A program made the translations under genes and the position numbers. A DNA stretch of 64,000 nucleotides from Candidatus Bathyarchaeia archaeon (GTDB lineage Archaea; Thermoproteota; Bathyarchaeia; Bathyarchaeales; Bathycorpusculaceae), in the NCBI GenBank assembly GCA_038883655.1, contig JAVZLQ010000004.1, forward strand, positions 168,468 to 232,467, written 5' to 3'. Under the pieces are notes generated by a model. The model saw only the letters and a list, made by a program, of their open reading frames with translations, searched no databases and had not been told where the DNA came from. This document shows, in pieces, positions 8,896 through 18,593 of the stretch; the stretch's first letter is position 1, and every line of letters begins with the position of its first letter.

Positions 8896-9423
8896 TTAAA
8901 ATTCTATTCCTCTTCTGGCTTGGTAGCCCTTATTATATGGGTGTTTGACCTCCCTCATTTCCGTGACCAAGTCCGCTGCTTCTATTATCTCGTTTGGAGC
9001 GTATCTTCCAGTCAAAACCAGTTCCACGTGTTTCGGCTTACTTTTTATTAGCGTTAAAACTCTTTCAAGGCTTATTAGCTTCAAGTTTAATGCGACATTT
9101 ACCTCGTCCAAAACTACTATGTCGTATTCCCCGCTTTTCACAACCGCTTCGGCAAGCGACAAGGCTTCCTCGGCATTTTCAATGTCTTCTTTAGAGGGCT
9201 TTTCCATTATGAACTTGCCTCTACCAAAGGCTTTCAGTTTGAGGTTTGGCAGTTTATCGACAATGTAGAGTTCGCCGTAGTCGAAGCCGCCTTTAATGAA
9301 CTGTATAACGTAAACTTTTAAGCCCCTTCCTATGGCTCTTAAGGCTAAGCCAAAAGCGGCTGTTGTTTTGCCCTTCCCATTTCCGGTATAAACTTGAACA
9401 AGACCTTTCTCAAGCTTGCCCAT
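8896..9423 (-). CDS. cobO: ATP:cob(I)alamin adenosyltransferase (CobO/BtuR)
   Basis: YTGNGKGKTTAAFGLALRA, QFIKG, LDE, LTGR, KHPY..G..AR.GIEF. Confidence 0.95.
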   Translation of the reverse strand: MGKLEKGLVQVYTGNGKGKTTAAFGLALRAIGRGLKVYVIQFIKGGFDYGELYIVDKLPNLKLKAFGRGKFIMEKPSKEDIENAEEALSLAEAVVKSGEYDIVVLDEVNVALNLKLISLERVLTLIKSKPKHVELVLTGRYAPNEIIEAADLVTEMREVKHPYNKGYQARRGIEF

Positions 9424-9429
9424 TTCCGT

Positions 9430-10383
9430 TTACGCCTTTTTCAGCGATTCTCTGAGAAATTTTTCGGCGGCTGACGCTGGGTCCATCTCCTTCCTAATGA
9501 TTTTCTCAAGTAATTCCTCAAATTTTCCTTCCTTTTTTAGCTTCTCAATTATTGACTGGGCAACTTTATCCTTAATCGCCTCCACAAGCTCAACTTCAGC
9601 CTTCAAAAGGGCTCTTTCGCGCTGCTTTTCTCTTTCTAGAAATTTTCTATGCTCCTCAAGCTTTTCAATTAATTCTGGGACGCCCTCGCCCGTGAGCGCA
9701 ACTGTTTTTACTATTGGGATGCGCCACGCCTTTTCCTTGTTGTTTAGTTGTAGCATGGCTTGGATGTCGATGACTGTTTTGTCAGCGTTCTCCCGATCAG
9801 CCTTGTTGACGACGAATATGTCGGCTATTTCCATCAAACCGGCCTTTATCGCCTGTATTTCGTCTCCCAGTCCGGGCGCGTGTATAACGACTACTGTTTG
9901 TGCCACTTTTACGATTTCAACTTCAGATTGACCAGCGCCAACTGTTTCCACGATAACCACATCTTTTCCAGCGGCATCCAAAACCTTCACGGCGTCGCTT
10001 GTCGCCTTAGCGATTCCGCCGGAATAGTTGCGCGTAGCCATGCTTCTAATGAAAACTTCTGGGTCTGTGCTTAACTCTTGCATCCTAATCCTATCGCCTA
10101 AAAACGCTCCGCCAGTGAACGGGCTTGTTGGGTCAACGGCGACAACACCCACTTTCCTGCCCATCCGCCTATACTCGCGTACAATCTTTTCTATCAACGT
10201 ACTTTTGCCAGAGCCGCCTGGACCAGTTAATCCTATCACGTGGGCTTTTCCGGTGTGCGGGTAAATGGCGGCTATTATTTCCTTTGCTTGAGGCTCATCG
10301 TTTTCAATTATTGTTATTGCCTTTGCTATGCTTCTTCTGTCTCCGGATAGGACACCCTTGACTATCTCTTCAGTTTTTATCAA
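9430..10383 (-). CDS. meaB: MeaB/ArgK GTPase chaperone of the B12 mutase
   Basis: GPGGSGKS, VDPTSPFTGGAFLGDRIRM, ETVGAGQSE, NKAD. Confidence 0.95.
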   Translation of the reverse strand: MIKTEEIVKGVLSGDRRSIAKAITIIENDEPQAKEIIAAIYPHTGKAHVIGLTGPGGSGKSTLIEKIVREYRRMGRKVGVVAVDPTSPFTGGAFLGDRIRMQELSTDPEVFIRSMATRNYSGGIAKATSDAVKVLDAAGKDVVIVETVGAGQSEVEIVKVAQTVVVIHAPGLGDEIQAIKAGLMEIADIFVVNKADRENADKTVIDIQAMLQLNNKEKAWRIPIVKTVALTGEGVPELIEKLEEHRKFLEREKQRERALLKAEVELVEAIKDKVAQSIIEKLKKEGKFEELLEKIIRKEMDPASAAEKFLRESLKKA

Positions 10384-10396
10384 TTGCTACACATCT

Positions 10397-10798
10397 TCAA
10401 GTTCTTTTTGAACAGTAGTCCAAGATGCACTGGATTATCTTTTCTGTGGGAGTTCCCGGTCCAAAAACCTCCTTAATTCCTATCTTCTTCAGTTCTGGTA
10501 TGTCTTCTTCTGGGATTATTCCTCCAGCGAAAACCAAGATGTCTGTTAGGCCCTTCTCTTTTAGCAGTTGCATTATTCTCGGGAAAAGCGCTTTATGCGC
10601 TCCAGAGAGTATGCTTAATCCTATTACGTCAACGTCCTCTTGTAGGGCCGTCTCAACTATTTGTTCTGGAGTTTGCCTCAAGCCAGTGTATATGACTTCC
10701 ATTCCAGCGTCTCTTAGGGCTCTTGCCACGACTTTTGCTCCTCTGTCGTGGCTGTCCAAACCAGGCTTTGCGATTAACACTCTAATTTTCTTCTGCAT
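10397..10798 (-). CDS. Acyl-CoA mutase cobalamin-binding subunit
   Basis: [10 protein letters not shown] (DxHxxG), SILSGAH, GGIIP. Confidence 0.95.
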   Translation of the reverse strand: MQKKIRVLIAKPGLDSHDRGAKVVARALRDAGMEVIYTGLRQTPEQIVETALQEDVDVIGLSILSGAHKALFPRIMQLLKEKGLTDILVFAGGIIPEEDIPELKKIGIKEVFGPGTPTEKIIQCILDYCSKRT

Positions 10799-10820
10799 GC
10801 TTTTTCACCAACCCTCATTT

Positions 10821-12500
10821 TTAGATTAATATTAGTTCTTTGTATTCTCCGTAGACTTTGCGCAGCACGTCTATTATTTCGCCTAATGTGGCGTAAGCTT
10901 TAACCGCCTCAATTATTGTTGGCATGAGGTTTTCGTTCTTCTGCGCCGCGTAGTGGAGTTTTTCAAGGACTTCCTTAACTTTTCTGTTGTCCCTTTCCCT
11001 TTTTAGCTTTTGCAATCTTGCAACTTGCTCTTCTTCAACTTTCGGGTCTATCCTCAAAAGTTCTATTGGGCATTCCTCTTCAATTGTGTACTCGTTTAAG
11101 CCGACTACTATGCGCTTTTTCTCCTCTATTTCACGCTGATATCTATACGCGCTGTCTGCTATTTCCCGCTGGAAGAAGCCCTTCTCTATTGCGGGTATGA
11201 CGCCGCCCATGTCGTCTATTTTTTGGATGTATTCCATAGCCCTTTCTTCCATTTCGTTTGTTAAGGCTTCAACGTAATAGGAGCCCGCAAGCGGGTCAAC
11301 AGTGTTTGTTACTCCGCTTTCGTAAGCTATTATTTGCTGTGTTCGTAAGGCAACCCTCACTGACTCCTCTGTTGGCAAGCATAAGGCTTCGTCAAAAGAG
11401 TTCGTGTGCAAAGACTGTGTTCCGCCTAGAACTGCAGCAAGCGCCTGAATTGTTGTGCGTATAATGTTGTTGAGTGGTTGCTGGGCTGTTAGTGTGCATC
11501 CTGATGTTTGAACGTGCATGCGCATCCACATTGACCTCGGGTTTTTTGCATGGAAGCGCTCTTTCATTATCCTAGCCCAAAGTCTCCGTGCTGCGCGGAA
11601 CTTGGCTATCTCCTCGAAAAAGTCGTTGTGTGACGCGAAGAAGAACGATAACCTTGGGGCGAAATCATCTACTTTTAAGCCTCTCTTCAACGTGGATTCA
11701 ACGTAGGCTATTCCATCATAAAGTGTGAACGCCAACTCTTGTAGCGCGGTTGCGCCTGCCTCGCGTATGTGGTAGCCGCTTATGCTTATCGGGTTCCATT
11801 TTGGCAGGTGTCTAGCGCAGTATTCGATTATGTCTGTTGAAAGTTTAAGTGAAGGCTCTGGTGGGAAAATGCACAGTTTTTGGGCGAAAAACTCTTTTAA
11901 GTTGTCGTTTTGGGTTGTTCCGCCTAGCTTTTCCCTTGGAACCCCCTGCTTGTCGCCCACGGCAACGTACATAGCAAGCAGCACTGTTGCTGGACCATTT
12001 ATGGTCATTGAAGTTGTAACTTTGTCAAGTGGTATGCCGTCGAAGAGAACCTCCATATCTTGCAGTGAGGATATGGCTACACCGCAGACGCCGACCTCGC
12101 CCCTCGCCATTGGATGGTCAGAATCATAGCCCATAATCGTTGGATAGTCGAAAGCCGTGCTTAAGCCCGTTTCGCCCTCGCTTAACAGGTATTTGAAGCG
12201 CTTGTTCGTGTCCGCTGCTGTGCCATAACCGGCAAACATGCGCATAGTCCACAAACGTCCACGGTACATGGTTGCGTGTAAACCCCTCGTGAACGGGTAT
12301 TCACCTGGAAAGCCAAAGTCACGCATATAATCCATTTCCTTAACGTCTTCCGGCGTGTAAAGGCGTTTTATCTCGATGCCAGAATGATTACGAAACTCCT
12401 TCTGCCTTTCTGGACATTGCTTAATCCAGTTTGGCAGGGTAGTTCTTTCCCAACGTTCCCTTTCTTTAGCTATTTCCTCAATTTTCCGCTTATCAAACAT
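10821..12500 (-). CDS. Methylmalonyl-CoA-mutase-family large subunit with isobutyryl-CoA mutase-type residues (F89, Q207)
   Basis: [46 protein letters not shown]. Confidence 0.93.
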   Translation of the reverse strand: MFDKRKIEEIAKERERWERTTLPNWIKQCPERQKEFRNHSGIEIKRLYTPEDVKEMDYMRDFGFPGEYPFTRGLHATMYRGRLWTMRMFAGYGTAADTNKRFKYLLSEGETGLSTAFDYPTIMGYDSDHPMARGEVGVCGVAISSLQDMEVLFDGIPLDKVTTSMTINGPATVLLAMYVAVGDKQGVPREKLGGTTQNDNLKEFFAQKLCIFPPEPSLKLSTDIIEYCARHLPKWNPISISGYHIREAGATALQELAFTLYDGIAYVESTLKRGLKVDDFAPRLSFFFASHNDFFEEIAKFRAARRLWARIMKERFHAKNPRSMWMRMHVQTSGCTLTAQQPLNNIIRTTIQALAAVLGGTQSLHTNSFDEALCLPTEESVRVALRTQQIIAYESGVTNTVDPLAGSYYVEALTNEMEERAMEYIQKIDDMGGVIPAIEKGFFQREIADSAYRYQREIEEKKRIVVGLNEYTIEEECPIELLRIDPKVEEEQVARLQKLKRERDNRKVKEVLEKLHYAAQKNENLMPTIIEAVKAYATLGEIIDVLRKVYGEYKELILI

Positions 12501-12589
12501 GTTATGCCAACCCCGTTGCAGGTTGATTTTGAACTAAAATATGGCGTCAAGCCTAAAAAGTTATTTCTAAAAGAAGCCATTAAACAATC

Positions 12590-12639
12590 ATTTGAAAGGG
12601 TGCATGCGAAATGGATTTGAAAGGGTGCATGCGAAATGG
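12590..12639 (+). repeat. Perfect 25-bp tandem duplication overlapping a start codon
   Basis: ATTTGAAAGGGTGCATGCGAAATGG at 12590-12614 and 12615-12639, followed by a degenerate partial copy ATTTGGAGGGTGCA. Confidence 0.95.
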
Positions 12640-13811
12640 ATTTGGAGGGTGCAGATTTTTCAACTAAGGCTGTCCATGGCGGAGAAAAACTTGAAAGGGG
12701 AAGCGTTGCAACACCAATCTATGAAACGTCTGTTTTCGCCTTCAAAAGCACGAGAGAGTTAATCGACGTTGTAAGCGAGAAGGCTGAGGGCTATGTGTAC
12801 ACAAGATATGACAATCCCACAGTTCGGGCTGTTGAGCAGAAAATGGCGGTTCTCGAAGGGTCTGAAGATGCCGCTGCGTTTTCCTCTGGAATGGCAGCAA
12901 TAACAACTACATTGCTGACTTTGGTTTCGAAGGATGAACATGTTATTGCATCGAGAGACCTTTATGGCGGAACCCTAACCTTCTTCCAAGAGATACTGCC
13001 AAGATTCGACGTCGAAGTCAGCCTAGTAGACGCCACAAACCTCGATGAGGTGAAAGAAGCGATCCAAAGGAACACGCGTGTCGTTTATGCAGAGACTCCA
13101 ACAAACCCAACATTGAAAGTCGTGGATTTGCCGCGTCTAGCAGCCATAGCCAAAAAGCACAGTATAACAACAGTCATTGATAGCACGCTTGCCACACCCT
13201 ACAATTTGACGCCCATAAAGTTCGGCATAGACGTTGTTCTCCACAGTGCCACAAAATATTTGGGCGGACATAACGACGTGACAGCTGGAATAGTTTGCGG
13301 TTCAGAGGATTTCATACAAAAACTTAAGAAGACAAGGAAAATTTTGGGCGGAACCCTAGACCCCATGACGGCTTGGCTTTTACTTCGCGGCTTGAAAACC
13401 CTAGCCCTAAGGATGGAGAGGCACAACAATAACGGCATGCAAATAGCCAAATTTTTGGAAAAGCATCCAAAAATTGCCAAAGTCTACTATCCTGGTTTGC
13501 CAAGCCACCCACAACATAAAATCGCCAAAAAACAGATGCGCGGCTACGGCGGAGTCGTAAGCTTCGAAGTTAAAGGAGATTTTGAAAAAACCATAAAGTT
13601 TATTGAAAGTCTAAAACTTTGCCTTTTAGCCGCAAGTCTAGGTGGAACAGAAACTCTCGTGACGCAACCAGTAACATCGTCGCATTACTTCATAAGCAAG
13701 GAACAACGTCGAGAATTGGGCATAACAGACCAGCTTGTACGCCTAGCCCTAGGAATAGAACACCCCAAAGACATAATAAACGACATAAAACAAGCGCTTG
13801 AGAATATATGA
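12636..13811 (+). CDS. PLP-dependent transsulfuration enzyme (methionine gamma-lyase / cystathionine gamma-synthase family)
   Basis: YTRYDNPT, FSSGMAAI, ETPTNP, HSATKYLGGHND (PLP Lys), SLGGTETL. Confidence 0.93.
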   Translation: MDLEGADFSTKAVHGGEKLERGSVATPIYETSVFAFKSTRELIDVVSEKAEGYVYTRYDNPTVRAVEQKMAVLEGSEDAAAFSSGMAAITTTLLTLVSKDEHVIASRDLYGGTLTFFQEILPRFDVEVSLVDATNLDEVKEAIQRNTRVVYAETPTNPTLKVVDLPRLAAIAKKHSITTVIDSTLATPYNLTPIKFGIDVVLHSATKYLGGHNDVTAGIVCGSEDFIQKLKKTRKILGGTLDPMTAWLLLRGLKTLALRMERHNNNGMQIAKFLEKHPKIAKVYYPGLPSHPQHKIAKKQMRGYGGVVSFEVKGDFEKTIKFIESLKLCLLAASLGGTETLVTQPVTSSHYFISKEQRRELGITDQLVRLALGIEHPKDIINDIKQALENI

Positions 13812-13886
13812 TATGAAAGGCCAAGCGTTATCACGCTAACAAAGCCTATGTTAAACAATAACATTCGCCTGTTCACATTTGTTCTT

Positions 13887-14828
13887 TTAAAAGAATATTT
13901 GAGCTGTTATTAAAATTATAATCAGTATTGGCAGTGTTTTTAACGCCTTTTTGTTGAATTTTTGTGCTTCTTCTGTTTTCTTTGCGTCCACGAGTTTCAT
14001 GATGTACACTGAGGCTGAAAGGTTGTAGAGGAAAATCGCGTATATGGCGAGCATCATTCTGTCAGCTAAAGTCAAATAGCCCACTGGAGGTATGCCACTG
14101 AGTAATGCCAAATGAGACGCTGCTGCGGACATGAGCGTCGTAACGCCCAAACTTATTCTTTGGGCAAAGTTCTGAGGTGATATAGCAAAAGCAAGCAGAG
14201 ATATTGTGGTTATAACGGCAATGGGCAAAAAGTTTTTGATAAACGACGAAACTACAGGACGCTTTAGGGTAATGCTAAAAACGAATCTTGAATATGTTTC
14301 GTCAATGTATGAATGCTCTGTTACACTCTGTTCGAAATCTCCAATCTCCCATCCCGCCACATTTACTGCTTCGTCGATTGTCGACGTTAGGTCTGCTTCA
14401 AAAACTAGAAGAGAAGCGTTGAGGTTCTTGTGTTCTAATTCCACAGTAAGCGCGTGAGTTTCGTATGGATACCTTGAGAAATCAAAAGTTTTCATAAAAT
14501 CTCCCCTAATGCGATATTCCAAATATCCCAGTGTCTCGTTTGCCTTAACTTCATATTTTGTTGTCGGAATGCCATTAACAAACTCGAAATCTCTTACCTT
14601 TTCTATGTTTATTTCAGAGGGGTCAAACCAGAACCATAGATAGAAGTCCAGTCGATAACTGCTTGCAGCTAAATCCACTCGCTCAACATTTACTACCAAC
14701 ACTCCAACTGTGACACTTGCAGGGTTGCTTGATGAATTTGCAGTTTTTACATTACGCATCAAAATTGAGAAGAGGAATAGTGTTACAAACAATAAGAATA
14801 TTCGCCGACTTCTCATATCCTTTTCCAC
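13887..14828 (-). CDS. Pentameric ligand-gated ion channel (GLIC/ELIC-like)
   Basis: Signal peptide, beta-rich ECD with the Pro-loop FSRYPYETH, GWEI, pre-M1 LKR, M2 RISLGVTTLMS, M2-M3 IPPVGYLTLAD, four TM helices. Confidence 0.88.
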   Translation of the reverse strand: MEKDMRSRRIFLLFVTLFLFSILMRNVKTANSSSNPASVTVGVLVVNVERVDLAASSYRLDFYLWFWFDPSEINIEKVRDFEFVNGIPTTKYEVKANETLGYLEYRIRGDFMKTFDFSRYPYETHALTVELEHKNLNASLLVFEADLTSTIDEAVNVAGWEIGDFEQSVTEHSYIDETYSRFVFSITLKRPVVSSFIKNFLPIAVITTISLLAFAISPQNFAQRISLGVTTLMSAAASHLALLSGIPPVGYLTLADRMMLAIYAIFLYNLSASVYIMKLVDAKKTEEAQKFNKKALKTLPILIIILITAQIFF

Positions 14829-15107
14829 CTACATAGCGATAGCGTTTTGCTTCATGAAGGTTATTTGTTATATAAAAATTTCGAGCGTTCCGCACAGTAT
14901 CACATGTTTAGTTTCGAGTTGATAAAAACGAGAAAATTGTATAAGCTCCAATTATCTGGTTAATTAAAAGCTCTGTTTGCTGGAAAATCTGGAGGGAGAG
15001 AGGGTAGACGCCTTACTGTTAGCTTCTATTCCATTTTCCCGTAGCTTATGTTAAAGGGCGTTATTAGAAAATGTTTTAATTTAGGAAAAAGAAGGGAACA
15101 AAAAGAG

Positions 15108-15575
15108 CTATTTTGCTGGTTTGAAGTAGGCTATGTCGTTTATTGAGGCTTTCCTCTCGCTTTGCGGCTTAAGCATGGCTTCAACTTCCATGCCTATGTA
15201 AACGGTGTCTGTTTCGCCTATCTTATGTATTATCCCGCCGCATACACCATCAAACTTTATGAGTGCGTATATCTCTGGTTTCGCGAGTTTTTCTCCGTTG
15301 ATGTTTACTGTAGCTATGGTGAAAGTGTGTATTACGCCTTTCTTGCCAACGTCAACCCACTCTTCAAGTTTCTCAAAGCACCTTTCGCAGTACATCCTCG
15401 GAGGAACATAAATAACATTGCATCGCGGACATTTTGCGCCCATGATTCTGCCGTTCTCTTTAATCTCCTTGAAGAAGCGTTCGCCCGCAACCCCAAGCGT
15501 GTAAACGTAGTCCGCCTCCATGTGCCCTATCCAGTGGCGCGCATTGAACGGATTTGTTATTTTTTCCAAACTCAT
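15108..15575 (-). CDS. DUF35 Zn-ribbon/OB-fold thiolase partner
   Basis: CPRC..IYVPPR.YCERC plus an OB fold. Confidence 0.9.
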   Translation of the reverse strand: MSLEKITNPFNARHWIGHMEADYVYTLGVAGERFFKEIKENGRIMGAKCPRCNVIYVPPRMYCERCFEKLEEWVDVGKKGVIHTFTIATVNINGEKLAKPEIYALIKFDGVCGGIIHKIGETDTVYIGMEVEAMLKPQSERKASINDIAYFKPAK

Positions 15576-15581
15576 GGCTTT

Positions 15582-16085
15582 TCACTCCTTTACGGGCTTA
15601 AAGTAGGCTATGTCCGTTATCGCTCCAGTACGCTCTTCAGGAGGCTTCCACACAGCTTTGACTTTCATTCCTATTTTGACTTCTCGCCAGTCGCCGTATT
15701 CCTCGATTCTGTGAACTATGCCCATCCCCTCAGATGCGCCGTCCAAGTTTATTATAGCCACAACAATAGGTTCCTTAAGTCTGCTCGCATCTGCCGCCAG
15801 AAACGAAACTGAAAAAGTGTTTATTACGCCAGTGTCCTCCACATACTTCCATCCGTCAGTCGGCTTAAAGCACTTTTCACAGTAAATTCTCGGCGGAACC
15901 ATTATACGTCCACATTTACTGCAAGTCGTCGCGATAATCCGCCCATTTTTAAGCTCCTCAAGGAACTTACTTATTGCTATGCCAGCGCTCCACGCAAACT
16001 TCGCCTTCGGCCTAAACTTTTCAGCTGGAACCTTCCCTTCCCTCAAATCCCGTGTCTCAATCTCCTCACTTTTATAGTATCTCAT
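15582..16085 (-). CDS. DUF35 Zn-ribbon/OB-fold thiolase partner
   Basis: CSKC...MVPPR.YCEKC and IGMKVKAVW. Confidence 0.9.
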   Translation of the reverse strand: MRYYKSEEIETRDLREGKVPAEKFRPKAKFAWSAGIAISKFLEELKNGRIIATTCSKCGRIMVPPRIYCEKCFKPTDGWKYVEDTGVINTFSVSFLAADASRLKEPIVVAIINLDGASEGMGIVHRIEEYGDWREVKIGMKVKAVWKPPEERTGAITDIAYFKPVKE

Positions 16086-16104
16086 ACATTCATCCTCCTC
16101 TTTG

Positions 16105-17295
16105 CTAACGCCTCAAAACGATGACGGAGCCATACTGCATCAGGTCTCCCCATGCCTGAGCCACGCCAGTTCTTGGGTCACCTGGAATTTGCCTTTTTCC
16201 CGCTTCGCCGCGCAACTGCCAAAAGATTTCAGAGACTTTCATGAGTCCAGCTGCCGCTATTGGATTGCCACATCCGAGCAAACCTCCAGAGGGGCATGTT
16301 GGTAGGTCACCGTCTCTTTGTGTTACGCCTTCTCGTGTTAGTTTTGGGGCTTCGCCCTTCTTGCATAGGAGCAGTCCTTCCATGTGATGTAGCTCCTTAT
16401 AGTCGAATGGGTCGTAGGGTTCAGCCACGTCGATTTCTTTCGGCGGATTTTTGATTCCAGCCATCTTGTATGCCATTCTGGCAGCGTACTCCACATAGTC
16501 TGGATAGTATAGGTCGCGGTTTGTCCAATGCGTCGAGTCTATGCACCAGCCCACGCCGTCAATCCAGACGGGGTTGTCTGTAACCTCCTTCGCAACATCC
16601 TCCGACGCTAAAACAACTGCTGCCGCACCATCGCTTGTTGGGCTTACGTCTAAACGTTGAACTGGCCAAGCCATGATTTCCGAGTTTAGGACGTCTTCAA
16701 CTGTTATATTTGCGGCAAGCTGGGCTATTGGGTTGTCTAGGGCGTTTCTTTTATTCTTCACTGATACGAGGGCTATGTCCTCTTTTTTGATGTTGTGTTT
16801 GTGCATGTAACGGTTCATTTCCAACGCGAATATCCAGATGAGGTTCATTCCTATTGGACGTTCAAGTATTGGGTCGAATATTGTTGTGAAGGCATACTGT
16901 GGATGTGGATGACAAGAAGACATCTTCTCCTCGCAGATAACTAGACAAGTGTCAAACTGCCCAGAAGCAATATGCCACCACCCAGCCAACGGCGCAAAAA
17001 CCCCAGTTCCACCGCCAACAAAAACCCTTATGTACGGCTTATGGTAGGCGCCTGCCCCCTCAGCCAAATATTCGCCTTTCATGTGCACTCCGTCAAACGC
17101 GTCTGGAGCCGAGCCCATAACCACACTTTGTATATCGCGAAGCTCAAGTCCAGCTGCTTCGAGGGCTGTTTTCGCTGCTTCGTAAGACAATTCTTTGCCT
17201 GTTTCTTTCAAATTTCTTCTGAATAGCGTAACGCCAGCGCCGACAATTGCGACTCTTTTCTTCCCAAACATTTCACTTTTCACCTCACTTAACAT
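16105..17295 (-). CDS. SCP2-type thiolase-fold protein lacking the nucleophilic Cys
   Basis: SVKNKRNALDNP, SPTSDGAAA, EPYDPF, PSGGLL..GNP. The expected C-x-S/T loop reads VGGGTG. Confidence 0.88.
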   Translation of the reverse strand: MLSEVKSEMFGKKRVAIVGAGVTLFRRNLKETGKELSYEAAKTALEAAGLELRDIQSVVMGSAPDAFDGVHMKGEYLAEGAGAYHKPYIRVFVGGGTGVFAPLAGWWHIASGQFDTCLVICEEKMSSCHPHPQYAFTTIFDPILERPIGMNLIWIFALEMNRYMHKHNIKKEDIALVSVKNKRNALDNPIAQLAANITVEDVLNSEIMAWPVQRLDVSPTSDGAAAVVLASEDVAKEVTDNPVWIDGVGWCIDSTHWTNRDLYYPDYVEYAARMAYKMAGIKNPPKEIDVAEPYDPFDYKELHHMEGLLLCKKGEAPKLTREGVTQRDGDLPTCPSGGLLGCGNPIAAAGLMKVSEIFWQLRGEAGKRQIPGDPRTGVAQAWGDLMQYGSVIVLRR

Positions 17296-18439
17296 TACTT
17301 AACACAGCTACAACTCCAGTTGCTGTTGGAATTCCACGCCAAGTGTGGGCTAAGCCAACTTCCACGTCTGGTATTTGCCTTTGTCCAGCCTCTCCCCTAA
17401 GCTGTAGCACTGTTTCGAGAAGCTTTTGCATGCCAGAAGCCTCCAAACCGTAGCCCATCCCAAGCAAGCCTCCAGATGGGTTTACTGGAAACTCTCCTTC
17501 TAGGGCTGTGATGCCTTCCTCCGTGATTTTTCCGGCTTCGCCATAACCGCAGATTTTTAATGCTTCCATATGTTGAAGTTCCTTATAGGCAAACATGTCG
17601 TGAATTTCGGCGAAGTCGATCTCCCTATACGGATTGTTTATCTTCGCTTGTTTGTACGCCATTTCAGCGGCTAATCTTGTGTAAACAGCCCTAGCCCAAT
17701 CCCTCGTTTCCAAGCTTGAAGTTTCAGTGCACCAGCCTACGCCCTTAACCCAAACTGGTTTGTCCGTAAGTTTCTCTGCAACGTTTTCAGACGCCAAAAC
17801 CATGACGACGCATCCGTCTGCTGGAGTACTTATCTCCAACTTTTTCAGCGGATAAAAGCACATATCAGAGCATAACACTTGGTCAAGGGTTATTTTTGCG
17901 CCGTAAGCCGCATAAGGATTAAGCAACGCGTTCCTCTTGTTTTTCACAACTACTTGTGCGCATTGCTCCATTGTCGTGCATGTTTCATGCATGTAACGGT
18001 TCATTTCCATACCAGCCAAATAGTATGGATGCCCGCCTAAGGGTCTATTGAATATTGGGTCTAAACCGAAGGCGACAATGTCCATGTATGTGAGAATGTC
18101 CGAAGCTTTGCTGTGGGCTTCCACAACCACCGTGTCGAATTGACCCGTTTTGATGAGCATGTAGGCTGTTGCCAGTCCAAGCATACCATCACCGGAAACC
18201 GTGAAAAGATGGCGTAGTGCTGCCCCTAGCTGGTCTGGAACGAACTCGTCGAATATGCTGAAGCCTTCAAGGTAGTCTTCGGCACATGTCACGAAAACGT
18301 CAATGTCCTCTCTTGGGTTAACGCCAGCATCCTCGTACGCCTTTACAGCTGCCTCGTACATTAACTCCTTATAGGATAACTCTGGGGTTATTGGTCTAAA
18401 GCCGATGCATCCAACACCAACAATTGCAACTTCGCTCAT
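17285..18439 (-). CDS. SCP2-type thiolase-fold protein lacking the nucleophilic Cys
   Basis: VVKNKRNALLNP, STPADG, EIHDMF, NPSGGLLGMGYG. The expected Cys loop reads TVSGDG. Confidence 0.88.
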   Translation of the reverse strand: MSEVAIVGVGCIGFRPITPELSYKELMYEAAVKAYEDAGVNPREDIDVFVTCAEDYLEGFSIFDEFVPDQLGAALRHLFTVSGDGMLGLATAYMLIKTGQFDTVVVEAHSKASDILTYMDIVAFGLDPIFNRPLGGHPYYLAGMEMNRYMHETCTTMEQCAQVVVKNKRNALLNPYAAYGAKITLDQVLCSDMCFYPLKKLEISTPADGCVVMVLASENVAEKLTDKPVWVKGVGWCTETSSLETRDWARAVYTRLAAEMAYKQAKINNPYREIDFAEIHDMFAYKELQHMEALKICGYGEAGKITEEGITALEGEFPVNPSGGLLGMGYGLEASGMQKLLETVLQLRGEAGQRQIPDVEVGLAHTWRGIPTATGVVAVLSNVK

Positions 18440-18513
18440 AGGCTTTTCTCCTTTCCTTTTTGGAGCCTAATAATGTGGAAGCGTGTTCACATAAAACTTT
18501 CGTGGAAAACTCA

Positions 18514-18533
18514 AAATTTCATTGATGAAATTT
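18514..18533. promoter_or_regulatory. Palindromic operator overlapping the BRE/TATA in the divergent thiolase promoter
   Basis: AAATTTCAT-TG-ATGAAATTT, overlapping TTTAAATA (18531-18538). Confidence 0.55.
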
Positions 18534-18593
18534 AAATACTTGTTGAAGTACTATTCAGTTCTTTAAAACGCATGTTTAAGGGAGAATTTAGCC

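Noticed and set aside
12590-12653. CRISPR mini-array
   Set aside because: The copies are directly adjacent with no spacers, and no cas genes are present in the window.
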